Of a stretch of 26,484 nt of DNA, positions 1-6,626 are shown piece after piece. The position numbers were made by a program, and so were the translations under genes. Every line of letters begins with the position of its first letter. The first letter of the stretch is position 1. The stretch lies in IMG/VR virus record IMGVR_UViG_3300046167_000298, positions 1 to 26,484 of that record. One strand, 5' to 3'. The notes beneath the pieces were generated by a model. It was not told the origin of the DNA. It saw only the letters and a list, made by a program, of their open reading frames with translations, and made no database searches. The DNA comes from a virus. Lineage: Duplodnaviria > Caudoviricetes.

Positions 1-371
1 CGTTATACGTACGCTCCCAAGTCCACCCAAGAGAGTTCCCGTTCCTTCTGTAAAAAGATGGTCAACGCTGGCAAAGTTTACCGCAAGGAAGACATCGAAG
101 CGGCTAGCTTACGAGCGGTGAATCCCTGGACTCGGTGCGGGAGGTAAAGACACATATGACCTTTTCTTGTTCAAAGGCGGGGCGCGATGTCATCACTTCT
201 GGAGCCGTCAAACGTACCTCAAAAAGAACAACAAGAAAATCTCGGTCAACCAAGCGAAGAAACTCATCCGAGAAGCGGGAGTCGATGCGAAGCGTCTACC
301 CTGAGAACGATAAGCGAGTTGCACAACGTCCCATCGATATGCCGAACGAAGGCTTCATAAATCCCCGATAA
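1..371 (+). CDS. C-terminal part of the portal protein (continues from 25234 across the junction), with a MuF/head-morphogenesis-like Cys/His domain and two apparent +1 frame breaks
   Basis: Frame 1 reads RYTYAPKSTQESSRSFCKKMVNAGKVYRKEDIEAASLRAVN. Removing one C at 124-126 gives PGLGAGGKDTYDLFLFKGGARCHHFWSRQTY…; removing one C at 299-301 gives PENDKRVAQRPIDMPNEGFINPR*. The stop overlaps the next ATG (TAATG). Confidence 0.75.
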
Positions 372-931
372 TGTCACTACAAGCAGAAGTCCTCTTTGTG
401 AATCCGGATTACATCAAGCGGATCACCAACATCAACGGAAGCATTGAAGACGCTTACCTCGTTCCTTCGATTATCCTCTCTCAAGACAAGTACATCCAAC
501 TCTATTTGGGTACCGACCTCCTCGAAAAGCTGAAGACCGATATCTCGGGCGGTGGGTTGTCGGGCGATTACGCTACTTTGATGAATGACTACGTTCGCAA
601 AGCTACCCTTTGGTGGACGATGGTTGAGCTTATCCCATCTCTTTACGTGAAGATGGACAACGGCTCACTCGTTTTAAGGGTGTCTGAAGACACTCAAACC
701 ATCTCGCCGGATGACTTACATAGGGAAGTGGAAAGAGCGCGCCAGAACGCCCAATTCTACACGTACCGAATGTATCAATACCTTTGCAACAACTCCTCTT
801 TGTTTCCGGAGTACAGTTCGAACACGGGCGCGGATATGCTCCCGCAGCCTGCGGACTACTTTCAAAGCGGGATGAGCATAAGCAGCGGAGGCGTTCCCAA
901 CATCGTAGACCTGAAACAATTCTTCGGATGA
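371..931 (+). CDS. Putative head-tail connector/adaptor protein
   Basis: 186 aa, helical, directly after the portal with a TAATG overlap. The YIQLYLGTDLLEKLK and YLCNNSSLFPEY motifs resemble connector proteins of Bacteroidota phages. Confidence 0.6.
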   Translation: MSLQAEVLFVNPDYIKRITNINGSIEDAYLVPSIILSQDKYIQLYLGTDLLEKLKTDISGGGLSGDYATLMNDYVRKATLWWTMVELIPSLYVKMDNGSLVLRVSEDTQTISPDDLHREVERARQNAQFYTYRMYQYLCNNSSLFPEYSSNTGADMLPQPADYFQSGMSISSGGVPNIVDLKQFFG

Positions 932-1056
932 GAAAGAGCCGAAAAGAAAACATAACCTTATTGAAAAAGTTCCTCGATGACCTCGACCGAAATACTTATA
1001 ATGATACTCCCAAGCGCGGTCGCGATCGTGGGAGTCTGGGTAAACCTCAACCGTGA
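928..1056 (+). CDS. Possible small basic protein (42 aa, MRKSRKENITLLKKFL…)
   Basis: ATGA overlap with the upstream stop; overlaps 977..1177 in another frame. Confidence 0.3.
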   Translation: MRKSRKENITLLKKFLDDLDRNTYNDTPKRGRDRGSLGKPQP

Positions 1057-1177
1057 AATTGAGAAGCTCAAGGGGCGAATCATCCGCGTTGAGAGCGATA
1101 AAGACGAACTAAAAGACATGATGAAAGAAGTCGTGAAAGCAGTTCACAAGATCGAACTCATGCTCGCGGAACGATGA
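977..1177 (+). CDS. Small membrane-anchored coiled-coil protein (holin-like or lysis accessory)
   Basis: N-terminal TM helix (ILIMILPSAVAIVGVWVNL) followed by a coiled coil; immediately upstream of the endolysin with an ATGA overlap. Confidence 0.6.
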   Translation: MTSTEILIMILPSAVAIVGVWVNLNREIEKLKGRIIRVESDKDELKDMMKEVVKAVHKIELMLAER

Positions 1178-1545
1178 GACACTTCAAGCTTAGAGAATTC
1201 GATTCTATCGACGCTCCAGGATCGGGGCGTATGATGGACCGAGGCTTCCTTCGGTTGCTCGATGAGGCTCGCGATTGCGCGGGCATTCCGTTTGTAATTT
1301 CTTCGGGATTTCGCACGGTTGATTATAACCGCTCCCTCATTGCCAAGGGTTTACCCGCTTCCCGTAACTCTTCCCACCTTTTAGGACTCGCAGCAGATAT
1401 CGAAGTCCTCAATTCACAAGACCGTTTTATCATCATAGATGCGTTGATGGAAGTCGGGATAACGCGGTTGGGGATTGGCAAGAATTTCATACACTGCGAT
1501 ATTGACGAGATGAAACCCGAAAACCGTATCTGGACATATGCATGA
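1174..1545 (+). CDS. Endolysin, peptidase M15 family (Zn D-Ala-D-Ala peptidase fold)
   Basis: Motifs HFKLREF, ISSGFRT..YN, SSHLLGLAADI and FIHCD supply the H/D/H Zn ligands of the Peptidase_M15_3 type. Confidence 0.88.
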   Translation: MRHFKLREFDSIDAPGSGRMMDRGFLRLLDEARDCAGIPFVISSGFRTVDYNRSLIAKGLPASRNSSHLLGLAADIEVLNSQDRFIIIDALMEVGITRLGIGKNFIHCDIDEMKPENRIWTYA

Positions 1546-2386
1546 TTTAATAACCAAGGACCGAGATATCCACGTCCTCCCGTTCGACTTTGAAAACAGC
1601 GAAGACGTGAGGAGTGTTTATCTGCTCTCAGACATACACTTCGATTCTGTAAAGTGCGACCGCAAACTCTTATTCAAACACCTCGACAGAGCGAAAGAAG
1701 AGAATGCGGTTGTTTTGATTCTGGGCGATTTATACGACTTGATGAATATGAAGTTCGATCCGCGCGGTTCTTACGACTCCCTGCGACCTGAACTCAAAGC
1801 AATGGCTTATATCGATGAGGTCATCAAGGACTGCACAGAGAAGCTCGAACCATACAAGGATATCATCAAGCTGATCGGACAAGGAAACCACGAGACCAAC
1901 ATCACCAAACGACACGGGGTGGACCCCATACAACGAACCGTCGGTATCCTCAACGCCAATGGGGGGAATATTATCGCGGGTTATTACGCTGGATGGGTTG
2001 TTCTCAAGTGCAGCCGTAACGGAAAGGGAGGACGCAGAAGCTACCCCATCCACTATCATCACGGGTACGGAGGCAACGCCAAACGCTCGAAGGGTGTTCT
2101 CAATGTGGATATAGATATGAAGGACTATCCGCAAGCGGTTATCATTGCACGCGGTCACACCCATCAAAAGTGGTATGTCCCCGTAATGCGCGACGTACTC
2201 ACCTCCAACTTCAATCACGGACAAGAGACCGTTCATGTCGTTCAAACGGGATCATACAAGAAGAAAGACCGTTCCATTGGGTGGGAAGTCGAGAAAGGGT
2301 TCTCGGTCCCTCGTTTGGGCGGTTGGAAGTTTTCAATCAAGCCTCACGGCAAATCCTACGAGATACAATGCGAGGAACTCCACTAA
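1538..2386 (+). CDS. Calcineurin-like metallophosphoesterase
   Basis: Ordered motifs SDIH, LGDLYD, GNHE, HHG and GHTH. Confidence 0.88.
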   Translation: MHDLITKDRDIHVLPFDFENSEDVRSVYLLSDIHFDSVKCDRKLLFKHLDRAKEENAVVLILGDLYDLMNMKFDPRGSYDSLRPELKAMAYIDEVIKDCTEKLEPYKDIIKLIGQGNHETNITKRHGVDPIQRTVGILNANGGNIIAGYYAGWVVLKCSRNGKGGRRSYPIHYHHGYGGNAKRSKGVLNVDIDMKDYPQAVIIARGHTHQKWYVPVMRDVLTSNFNHGQETVHVVQTGSYKKKDRSIGWEVEKGFSVPRLGGWKFSIKPHGKSYEIQCEELH

Positions 2387-2796
2387 AAGAAACCAAGCTC
2401 GGGCAATGGTTCAAAACAAAGGCACCGAAGGTCTTCGACCTCATCGGGGAGATTGTCCCAGGTGCGGACGCTCTGAAAGCGATAAGTGCACTAATCGACA
2501 ACACCGACACCAGCGACGAAGAAAAGACAAACGCGAAGCTCCTGATGGAGGAGATCGCAAGTGCGGACAGAGCGAACGCAAGGAACCGAGAGATTGAGAT
2601 CACGAAGAACTTGGGACAGCGGGATTGGATGCAAGTCTTTGTCGGGTCGGCTGCGATGATTATTGGAATCGTCATGGTTGTTTGGGCGAAGACCGGGGTA
2701 CAAGACAAAGAGATCTTCTTTCACATCCTCGGGTTTGCTGAAGGTACCCTCGTGGGACAGGTCGTAAATTATTATTTTGGTTCTGCCAAGAATTAG
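2368..2796 (+). CDS. Putative holin (3TM/GTA-holin-like)
   Basis: Likely start is ATG 2368 (MRGTPLKETKLG…). It has a DRANARNRE motif, two C-terminal hydrophobic helices and a VVNYYFGS end, and closes the lysis cassette. Confidence 0.7.
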   Translation: MRGTPLKETKLGQWFKTKAPKVFDLIGEIVPGADALKAISALIDNTDTSDEEKTNAKLLMEEIASADRANARNREIEITKNLGQRDWMQVFVGSAAMIIGIVMVVWAKTGVQDKEIFFHILGFAEGTLVGQVVNYYFGSAKN

Positions 2797-2804
2797 TATA
2801 TTTG
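2776..2804 (+). promoter_or_regulatory. Bacteroidota sigma70-type promoter (-33 TTTG, -7 TATATTTG)
   Basis: TTTG at 2776-2779 and TATATTTG at 2797-2804, 17 nt apart; no ORF lies between it and the terminator at 2848. Confidence 0.5.
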
Positions 2805-2808
2805 GGTT

Positions 2809-2881
2809 CTGTTTTGTCGTGGGCTTGTTACCCCGTCGTTTGTTTGGAGAGGGAGGTCGAAAGCGGCTTCCCTCTTTTTTT
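2809..2881 (+). ncRNA. Candidate ~70-nt small RNA
   Basis: Bounded by a TAnnTTTG promoter and an intrinsic terminator, non-coding, with G/U-rich segments complementary to 2940-2961. Confidence 0.35.
2848..2881 (+). terminator. Rho-independent terminator
   Basis: AGAGGGAGGTCG-AAAG-CGGCTTCCCTCT, a 12-bp stem with G-U pairs, followed by a T run. Confidence 0.85.
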
Positions 2882-2901
2882 GCACAAAAGCGAAATAAAA
2901 T

Positions 2902-2932
2902 TTTGTAGAACGAAAGTTCTTTTGTAGTATTG
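2902..2932 (+). promoter_or_regulatory. Early promoter (TTTG-N19-TAGTATTG) with palindrome AGAAC-N4-GTTCT in the spacer; leaderless start at 2937
   Basis: TTTG 2902-2905; TAGTATTG 2925-2932 (one mismatch to TAnnTTTG); ATG 5 nt downstream; inverted repeat at 2907-2920. Confidence 0.65.
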
Positions 2933-2936
2933 CCCC

Positions 2937-3080
2937 ATGAACGACAACAAACAAACAGAACTCAAGCAAGCGTGGCTCACCTTGCATGACCTCCGACAGG
3001 AGCAACCCACAACCCATCGTCTAACACGAACCGCGCTACAAATGGCGATGGATATCGTACAAGAAAACATTCAGCTATGA
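2937..3080 (+). CDS. Hypothetical early protein (47 aa, MNDNKQTELKQAWLTLHDLR…)
   Basis: Below the ORF-track cutoff; follows the promoter; ATGA overlap with 3077. Confidence 0.65.
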   Translation: MNDNKQTELKQAWLTLHDLRQEQPTTHRLTRTALQMAMDIVQENIQL

Positions 3081-3361
3081 ACCACAGACAAGAAGAGAAC
3101 TGGTACACGGGTAAACTCGGGACCAAAGAATCGACAGGATATCGGACAAGCATTTGGACCCCTGTTGATATTGATGACTTCAACGAGAATCGACAGAAGT
3201 ATATAGACGCAGGATGGCAATCATATTGTTGGACGAAAGGTTCCGCAGGGTATGACAAATACTTCGTTAGCAAACTACCGAAGGACGAGTTCAAACATCT
3301 GCTCATGGTGGAAAACGAATACGGATATTTCACTCTCTTTTTTCATATGGATGAAGATTGA
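3077..3361 (+). CDS. Hypothetical protein
   Basis: 94 aa, aromatic-rich, translationally coupled within the early operon. Confidence 0.7.
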   Translation: MNHRQEENWYTGKLGTKESTGYRTSIWTPVDIDDFNENRQKYIDAGWQSYCWTKGSAGYDKYFVSKLPKDEFKHLLMVENEYGYFTLFFHMDED

Positions 3362-3551
3362 AGCTATGAACATGAATGAGATTAAAGAAGACGTGCTCAA
3401 GTACTGGACTTGGGCGCAAAAGGAATTCGAGGGCGAGGATATCGACCGCCTGATTTTCGAAGTTGAGTCAGCAGTTACAAACCTAAACAGACACATAAAC
3501 AATGAATTCACACGAAAAGCAATGGGTAAAACCGATATGCGTTCGAAGTAG
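3351..3551 (+). CDS. Hypothetical protein (start 3351 or 3366)
   Basis: In-frame ATGs within track ORF 3252..3551; helical MNEIKEDVLKYWTWAQKEF segment. Confidence 0.55.
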   Translation: MKIEAMNMNEIKEDVLKYWTWAQKEFEGEDIDRLIFEVESAVTNLNRHINNEFTRKAMGKTDMRSK

Positions 3552-3675
3552 CGTAAACGTGAACCCCGCGAAGGATTTCAACGACTTCGCAGCAAACCTC
3601 CGAGATGAAGACGCGGAATTCGATCGCCTCATCTCTCAACTTAAAGAATCCATCCGCAGAGCGCGGACGAAATAA
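3502..3675 (+). CDS. Hypothetical protein (57 aa, MNSHEKQWVKPICVRSS…)
   Basis: A-rich upstream context (ATAAACA-ATG); fills the gap before 3695; not in the ORF track. Confidence 0.55.
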   Translation: MNSHEKQWVKPICVRSSVNVNPAKDFNDFAANLRDEDAEFDRLISQLKESIRRARTK

Positions 3676-3694
3676 ATCCCTAAAACCAAAGAAA

Positions 3695-4069
3695 ATGGGA
3701 CAATCTAAAATCAAGACCATTCAACCGAATGGCACCTATGACAGCCAAAACGGCTTGATGTACAAGTTCGAAATCCAACTCGAATCCGGAGACGGCGGAG
3801 AGGTATCGGCAAAGAGCCAAGACCGTTGGAGCGTTGGAGACGAAGTAGAATTCGAAGTCACCCCGTCGAAGTGGGGCGATAAGATGCGACTATCGAAGCC
3901 AGGGTTTACCCCGAATCAATCGAAGGCGAACAACCCTGACATTCAAAAGAGGATTGACGCAAGTTGGGCAATCGGTCACGCCATCAATCAAGAGAGCGAC
4001 CCTGAGAAGATTCTTGAAGCGGCTGAGTTCCTCTTGTCCATCCGTTCAACCCTTATCTCGAAGCTATGA
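3695..4069 (+). CDS. Putative OB-fold single-stranded DNA-binding or recombination-associated protein
   Basis: Likely start ATG 3695 (MGQSKIKTIQPNG…). Beta-rich N-domain with YKFEI and WSVGDEVEFEV, plus a helical C-terminus. Confidence 0.5.
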   Translation: MGQSKIKTIQPNGTYDSQNGLMYKFEIQLESGDGGEVSAKSQDRWSVGDEVEFEVTPSKWGDKMRLSKPGFTPNQSKANNPDIQKRIDASWAIGHAINQESDPEKILEAAEFLLSIRSTLISKL

Positions 4070-4350
4070 TCTGGACAAAGGCAGAAGACAAGAGGCTCGT
4101 TGAGCTTGTAAACCAACACATCACAAAGGACAGCAAGCGACCCGTACAATGGAAAGAAATCAAGCCGATGGAGAACCACACTCTCGCAGCGATGCAGACG
4201 CGATTCTCAAAGCATATCCTCCCGTACTACGACTTCAACGGCAACCGATACACGCCAAAGAAGAAAGCAATGAAGAAGGTATCAACGAAGCGAATCAAAG
4301 TCTCTCGCTCGTTCCTGTGGGGAGCGGTAAAGGTTACGCGCTATGAATAA
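4066..4350 (+). CDS. Myb/SANT-like helix-turn-helix DNA-binding protein with a basic tail
   Basis: WTKAEDKRLVELV…WKEI..M..HT…QTRF…ILP follows the Myb repeat pattern WTxEED-L / W-I / R(W/F). Confidence 0.6.
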   Translation: MIWTKAEDKRLVELVNQHITKDSKRPVQWKEIKPMENHTLAAMQTRFSKHILPYYDFNGNRYTPKKKAMKKVSTKRIKVSRSFLWGAVKVTRYE

Positions 4351-4365
4351 TAAACAAACAAACAT

Positions 4366-4860
4366 ATGAAACACGAAAAATGGACTAGAGAAGAGGATAT
4401 TGATTTGATTAAAACAATCAATAAACACCTCACACCGAGGATCAAATGGAATGAAATTGAATTGAATGAATTTCAATCGGGAAGAAATTTGATTTCAATG
4501 AAGGAACGCTGGAGACGACTGAGCGAGTTTTGTTCCTTCGAAAATGAGCAGTTTCAGATAAACGTCCCGAAGTATATCCGTCACAAAGAGGAAGCCGAAA
4601 AAAAACGTCAGAAAGGGCGATCGGCGGGAGTTTTTAAAAAGATTTCTGAATCAAGTGTTACAAAAAAAAATTTTGAAGAAAGTGTGAGTTCTTTAAGTTA
4701 TGATTTTATGACAGTTGCGGAGTGTGCTAAATTTTTAAGAGTGACTCCTACAACAATCAGAAACATGGTCAAGCGGAAGGATGTCAAGGCTGTTCGTTTT
4801 GGTTTAAACAATAAGTCGATTAGAATCCCAAGAAATGAAGTCGAAAAACTGCTATCATGA
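4366..4860 (+). CDS. Myb/SANT-like domain fused to an excisionase-type (HTH_17/MerR-like) DNA-binding domain
   Basis: N-terminus KWTREEDIDLIKTI…WNEI…GRNLISMKERWRRL; C-terminus FMTVAECAKFLRVTPTTIRNMVKRKDVKAVRFG…IRIPRNEVEKLL. Confidence 0.7.
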   Translation: MKHEKWTREEDIDLIKTINKHLTPRIKWNEIELNEFQSGRNLISMKERWRRLSEFCSFENEQFQINVPKYIRHKEEAEKKRQKGRSAGVFKKISESSVTKKNFEESVSSLSYDFMTVAECAKFLRVTPTTIRNMVKRKDVKAVRFGLNNKSIRIPRNEVEKLLS

Positions 4861-5072
4861 ATAATATCAAACTGTTCTTAATCCGAAACTACGGCTCGAC
4901 TTCAACCGCTGCAATGGTTCTGGACGTTACACCAAACACCGTTCGCAATTGGTGCGGGCGGATGCCGCGTAACATACTCAAGCACCTCCCGGAGATATCC
5001 GAAACGTGTGGAGCGACATACGCGGAGATCGTCGAAGAGGTTCTATTGTGTGAAAGGGAGGGGATGGATTGA
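4857..5072 (+). CDS. Cro-like HTH transcriptional regulator
   Basis: YGSTSTAAMVLDVTPNTVRNW HTH; 71 aa; directly upstream of the initiator. Confidence 0.7.
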   Translation: MNNIKLFLIRNYGSTSTAAMVLDVTPNTVRNWCGRMPRNILKHLPEISETCGATYAEIVEEVLLCEREGMD

Positions 5073-5098
5073 CCCTTAAATTTTACAATATACCTTTG
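5069..5098 (+). promoter_or_regulatory. Bacteroidota-type promoter TTG-N19-TACCTTTG for the replication operon
   Basis: TTG 5069-5071, TACCTTTG 5091-5098, ATG at 5104 (near-leaderless). Confidence 0.75.
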
Positions 5099-5103
5099 GC
5101 GAA

Positions 5104-5775
5104 ATGAACGGAATATGGATACCCCAGGAGATTTGGTTGTTGGATGACCTCTCTCCCATGCAAAGAATTCTCCTCTCTAAAATTCACGCGCTCAGTCACA
5201 AAGACGGGTCGTGTTGGGCGGGAGATGACTTCCTCGCTGAGTCTCTTGGGGTCTCTTCTCAGTACATCCGTAAGATGCGCAAGGACCTTTGCGAGACTGC
5301 ACACATCAAATGCGAAGGGTACGGTCACCGAAGGAAGATGACTGTTCTCATAGAAGCAACAATCGGAACAAGCAACGAACGGAACAAGCAACAATCGTTG
5401 CAAGAAGAAGCAACTATCGTTGCAAAAGTTGCAACTACTGTTGCAAAAGAAGCAACTACAGTTGCGCAGAGTATAGAGAAGAGTAAAGAGAAGAGTATAG
5501 ATGGAGTTAAGAGAGTACGTTTCAAGGAACCAAGTTTGGAAGAAGCGATGAATTCGTTCGAACTTGCGGGATCATCTCGCGACGAAGGCGAGAAGTTTTG
5601 GAATTACTACGAATCAAACGGATGGAAAGCCGGCAGAAACAAAATGAAGAATTGGAATGCTGCCGCGCGGAACTGGATAAAACGAAGCAATGAATTTACA
5701 ACGAACAAAACAGGAGCTGCAAAGCAACCAAGCAAAAACCAGCTTGAAGACTATCTCAAGCACGGGACTATTTAA
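5104..5775 (+). CDS. Phage replication initiator (N-terminal winged HTH; lambda O-like organisation)
   Basis: GIWIP..IW…LS…CWAGDDFLAESLGVS wHTH; central repeat region; C-terminal FWNYYESNGWK…MKNWNAAARNW domain. Confidence 0.8.
   Translation: MNGIWIPQEIWLLDDLSPMQRILLSKIHALSHKDGSCWAGDDFLAESLGVSSQYIRKMRKDLCETAHIKCEGYGHRRKMTVLIEATIGTSNERNKQQSLQEEATIVAKVATTVAKEATTVAQSIEKSKEKSIDGVKRVRFKEPSLEEAMNSFELAGSSRDEGEKFWNYYESNGWKAGRNKMKNWNAAARNWIKRSNEFTTNKTGAAKQPSKNQLEDYLKHGTI
5356..5518. repeat. Iteron array, putative replication origin
   Basis: GCAAC-N4-GTTGC palindromes at 5388, 5410, 5431 and 5452 (21-22 bp period); half sites at 5356 and 5372; followed by purine-rich AGAGTA repeats at ~5468-5518. Confidence 0.75.
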
Positions 5776-6256
5776 ACAAACTAACGAGCAAGCGTGGGAA
5801 GGAACAAACATTCAAACCGCCTTACGGCACCATCCTGAAGAGACGCGGGCAACGGTAGTTACGCTCATCAATAAGACGGTCCAATTCATAGACGCAAAGA
5901 AGACCCTTCACTCATTCGAGGATATGGCACTTTGCGCAGAAACCATCTTCGACGTCTTCCCCGTTTTGAAACTGGAAGAACTTCGCTTAATTTGCGAAAG
6001 GATGAAGCAAGGATATTACGGCAACTTCTTTGAGCGTTTGAAGATACAGGAGTTCCGCGACTGCATCATCAAGCATGAAGAAGAACGAGCCTCAATCCTT
6101 GAGCAACGACACAAGACGGTGAGTCGAGGAGCGCAAGACCCAACGAACGTCCCTGAGTACGATCCCGAACAAGCTCGCTTGCAATGGCGCATGAAGAACA
6201 ACCCCTATCTCATACCGGGAAAGAATGACAGTAGCGAAAGCAAAGGCGAAGCTTGA
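5690..6256 (+). CDS. Putative helicase loader / replication accessory protein
   Basis: Lies directly after the initiator; helical with LKLEELRLICERMKQGYYGNFFERL; start codon uncertain. Confidence 0.5.
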   Translation: MNLQRTKQELQSNQAKTSLKTISSTGLFKQTNEQAWEGTNIQTALRHHPEETRATVVTLINKTVQFIDAKKTLHSFEDMALCAETIFDVFPVLKLEELRLICERMKQGYYGNFFERLKIQEFRDCIIKHEEERASILEQRHKTVSRGAQDPTNVPEYDPEQARLQWRMKNNPYLIPGKNDSSESKGEA

Positions 6257-6626
6257 CAAGATATTCTCTCAGTTCATCCGGCTGCGTGCGGTCAACGATG
6301 AAGGGTGGGGAGCTTGTTTCACTTGCGATCGCTTGCGCCATTACAAGAGCGCAGACGCAGGGCATTTTATGGTGCGGCAAAAGATGCCCACCCGATTCGA
6401 TGAACTCAACGTTCAATTTCAGTGTAAAGCTTGCAACGGATTCGAAGGGGGAGCACAATACGAATTCGCGAAACGTCTCGACGAACTACACGGTGAAGGG
6501 ACAGCGGATCGCCTTGTTCGGTTGAGCAACGAAACGAAGCGATTCAGCGTTCACGAATTGGAGGCACTTTACAAAATATACAAAGAGAAGGTCGATGAAC
6601 TCAGGAAGTCGAAAGGGTTGGAATAG
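6225..6626 (+). CDS. ninG: NinG/Rap-family recombination endonuclease
   Basis: LDKIFSQFIRLR, CFTC, DAGHF, TRFDELNV..QC..CN pattern. Confidence 0.85.
   Translation: MTVAKAKAKLDKIFSQFIRLRAVNDEGWGACFTCDRLRHYKSADAGHFMVRQKMPTRFDELNVQFQCKACNGFEGGAQYEFAKRLDELHGEGTADRLVRLSNETKRFSVHELEALYKIYKEKVDELRKSKGLE

Noticed and set aside
1-6. CGTTAT at the window start (and near 24995) as further late promoters
   Set aside because: No AGGA element 14-15 nt upstream, and both lie inside coding sequence.
135-371. Track ORF of 78 aa as an independent gene
   Set aside because: Its C-terminus is the end of the frame-broken portal gene; the rest is an off-frame reading.
2170-2367. N-terminal extension of the holin ORF from 2170
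   Set aside because: It overlaps the phosphoesterase gene and is not protein-like; ATG 2368 is the more plausible start.
2907-2920. LexA SOS box (GAAC-N4-GTTC)
   Set aside because: This is the Firmicutes/Actinobacteria-type box, while the promoters indicate a Bacteroidota host; kept only as a generic operator candidate.
2797-2936. tRNA gene in an intergenic region
   Set aside because: No cloverleaf or T-loop (GTTCRA) arrangement was found here or in the other intergenic gaps.
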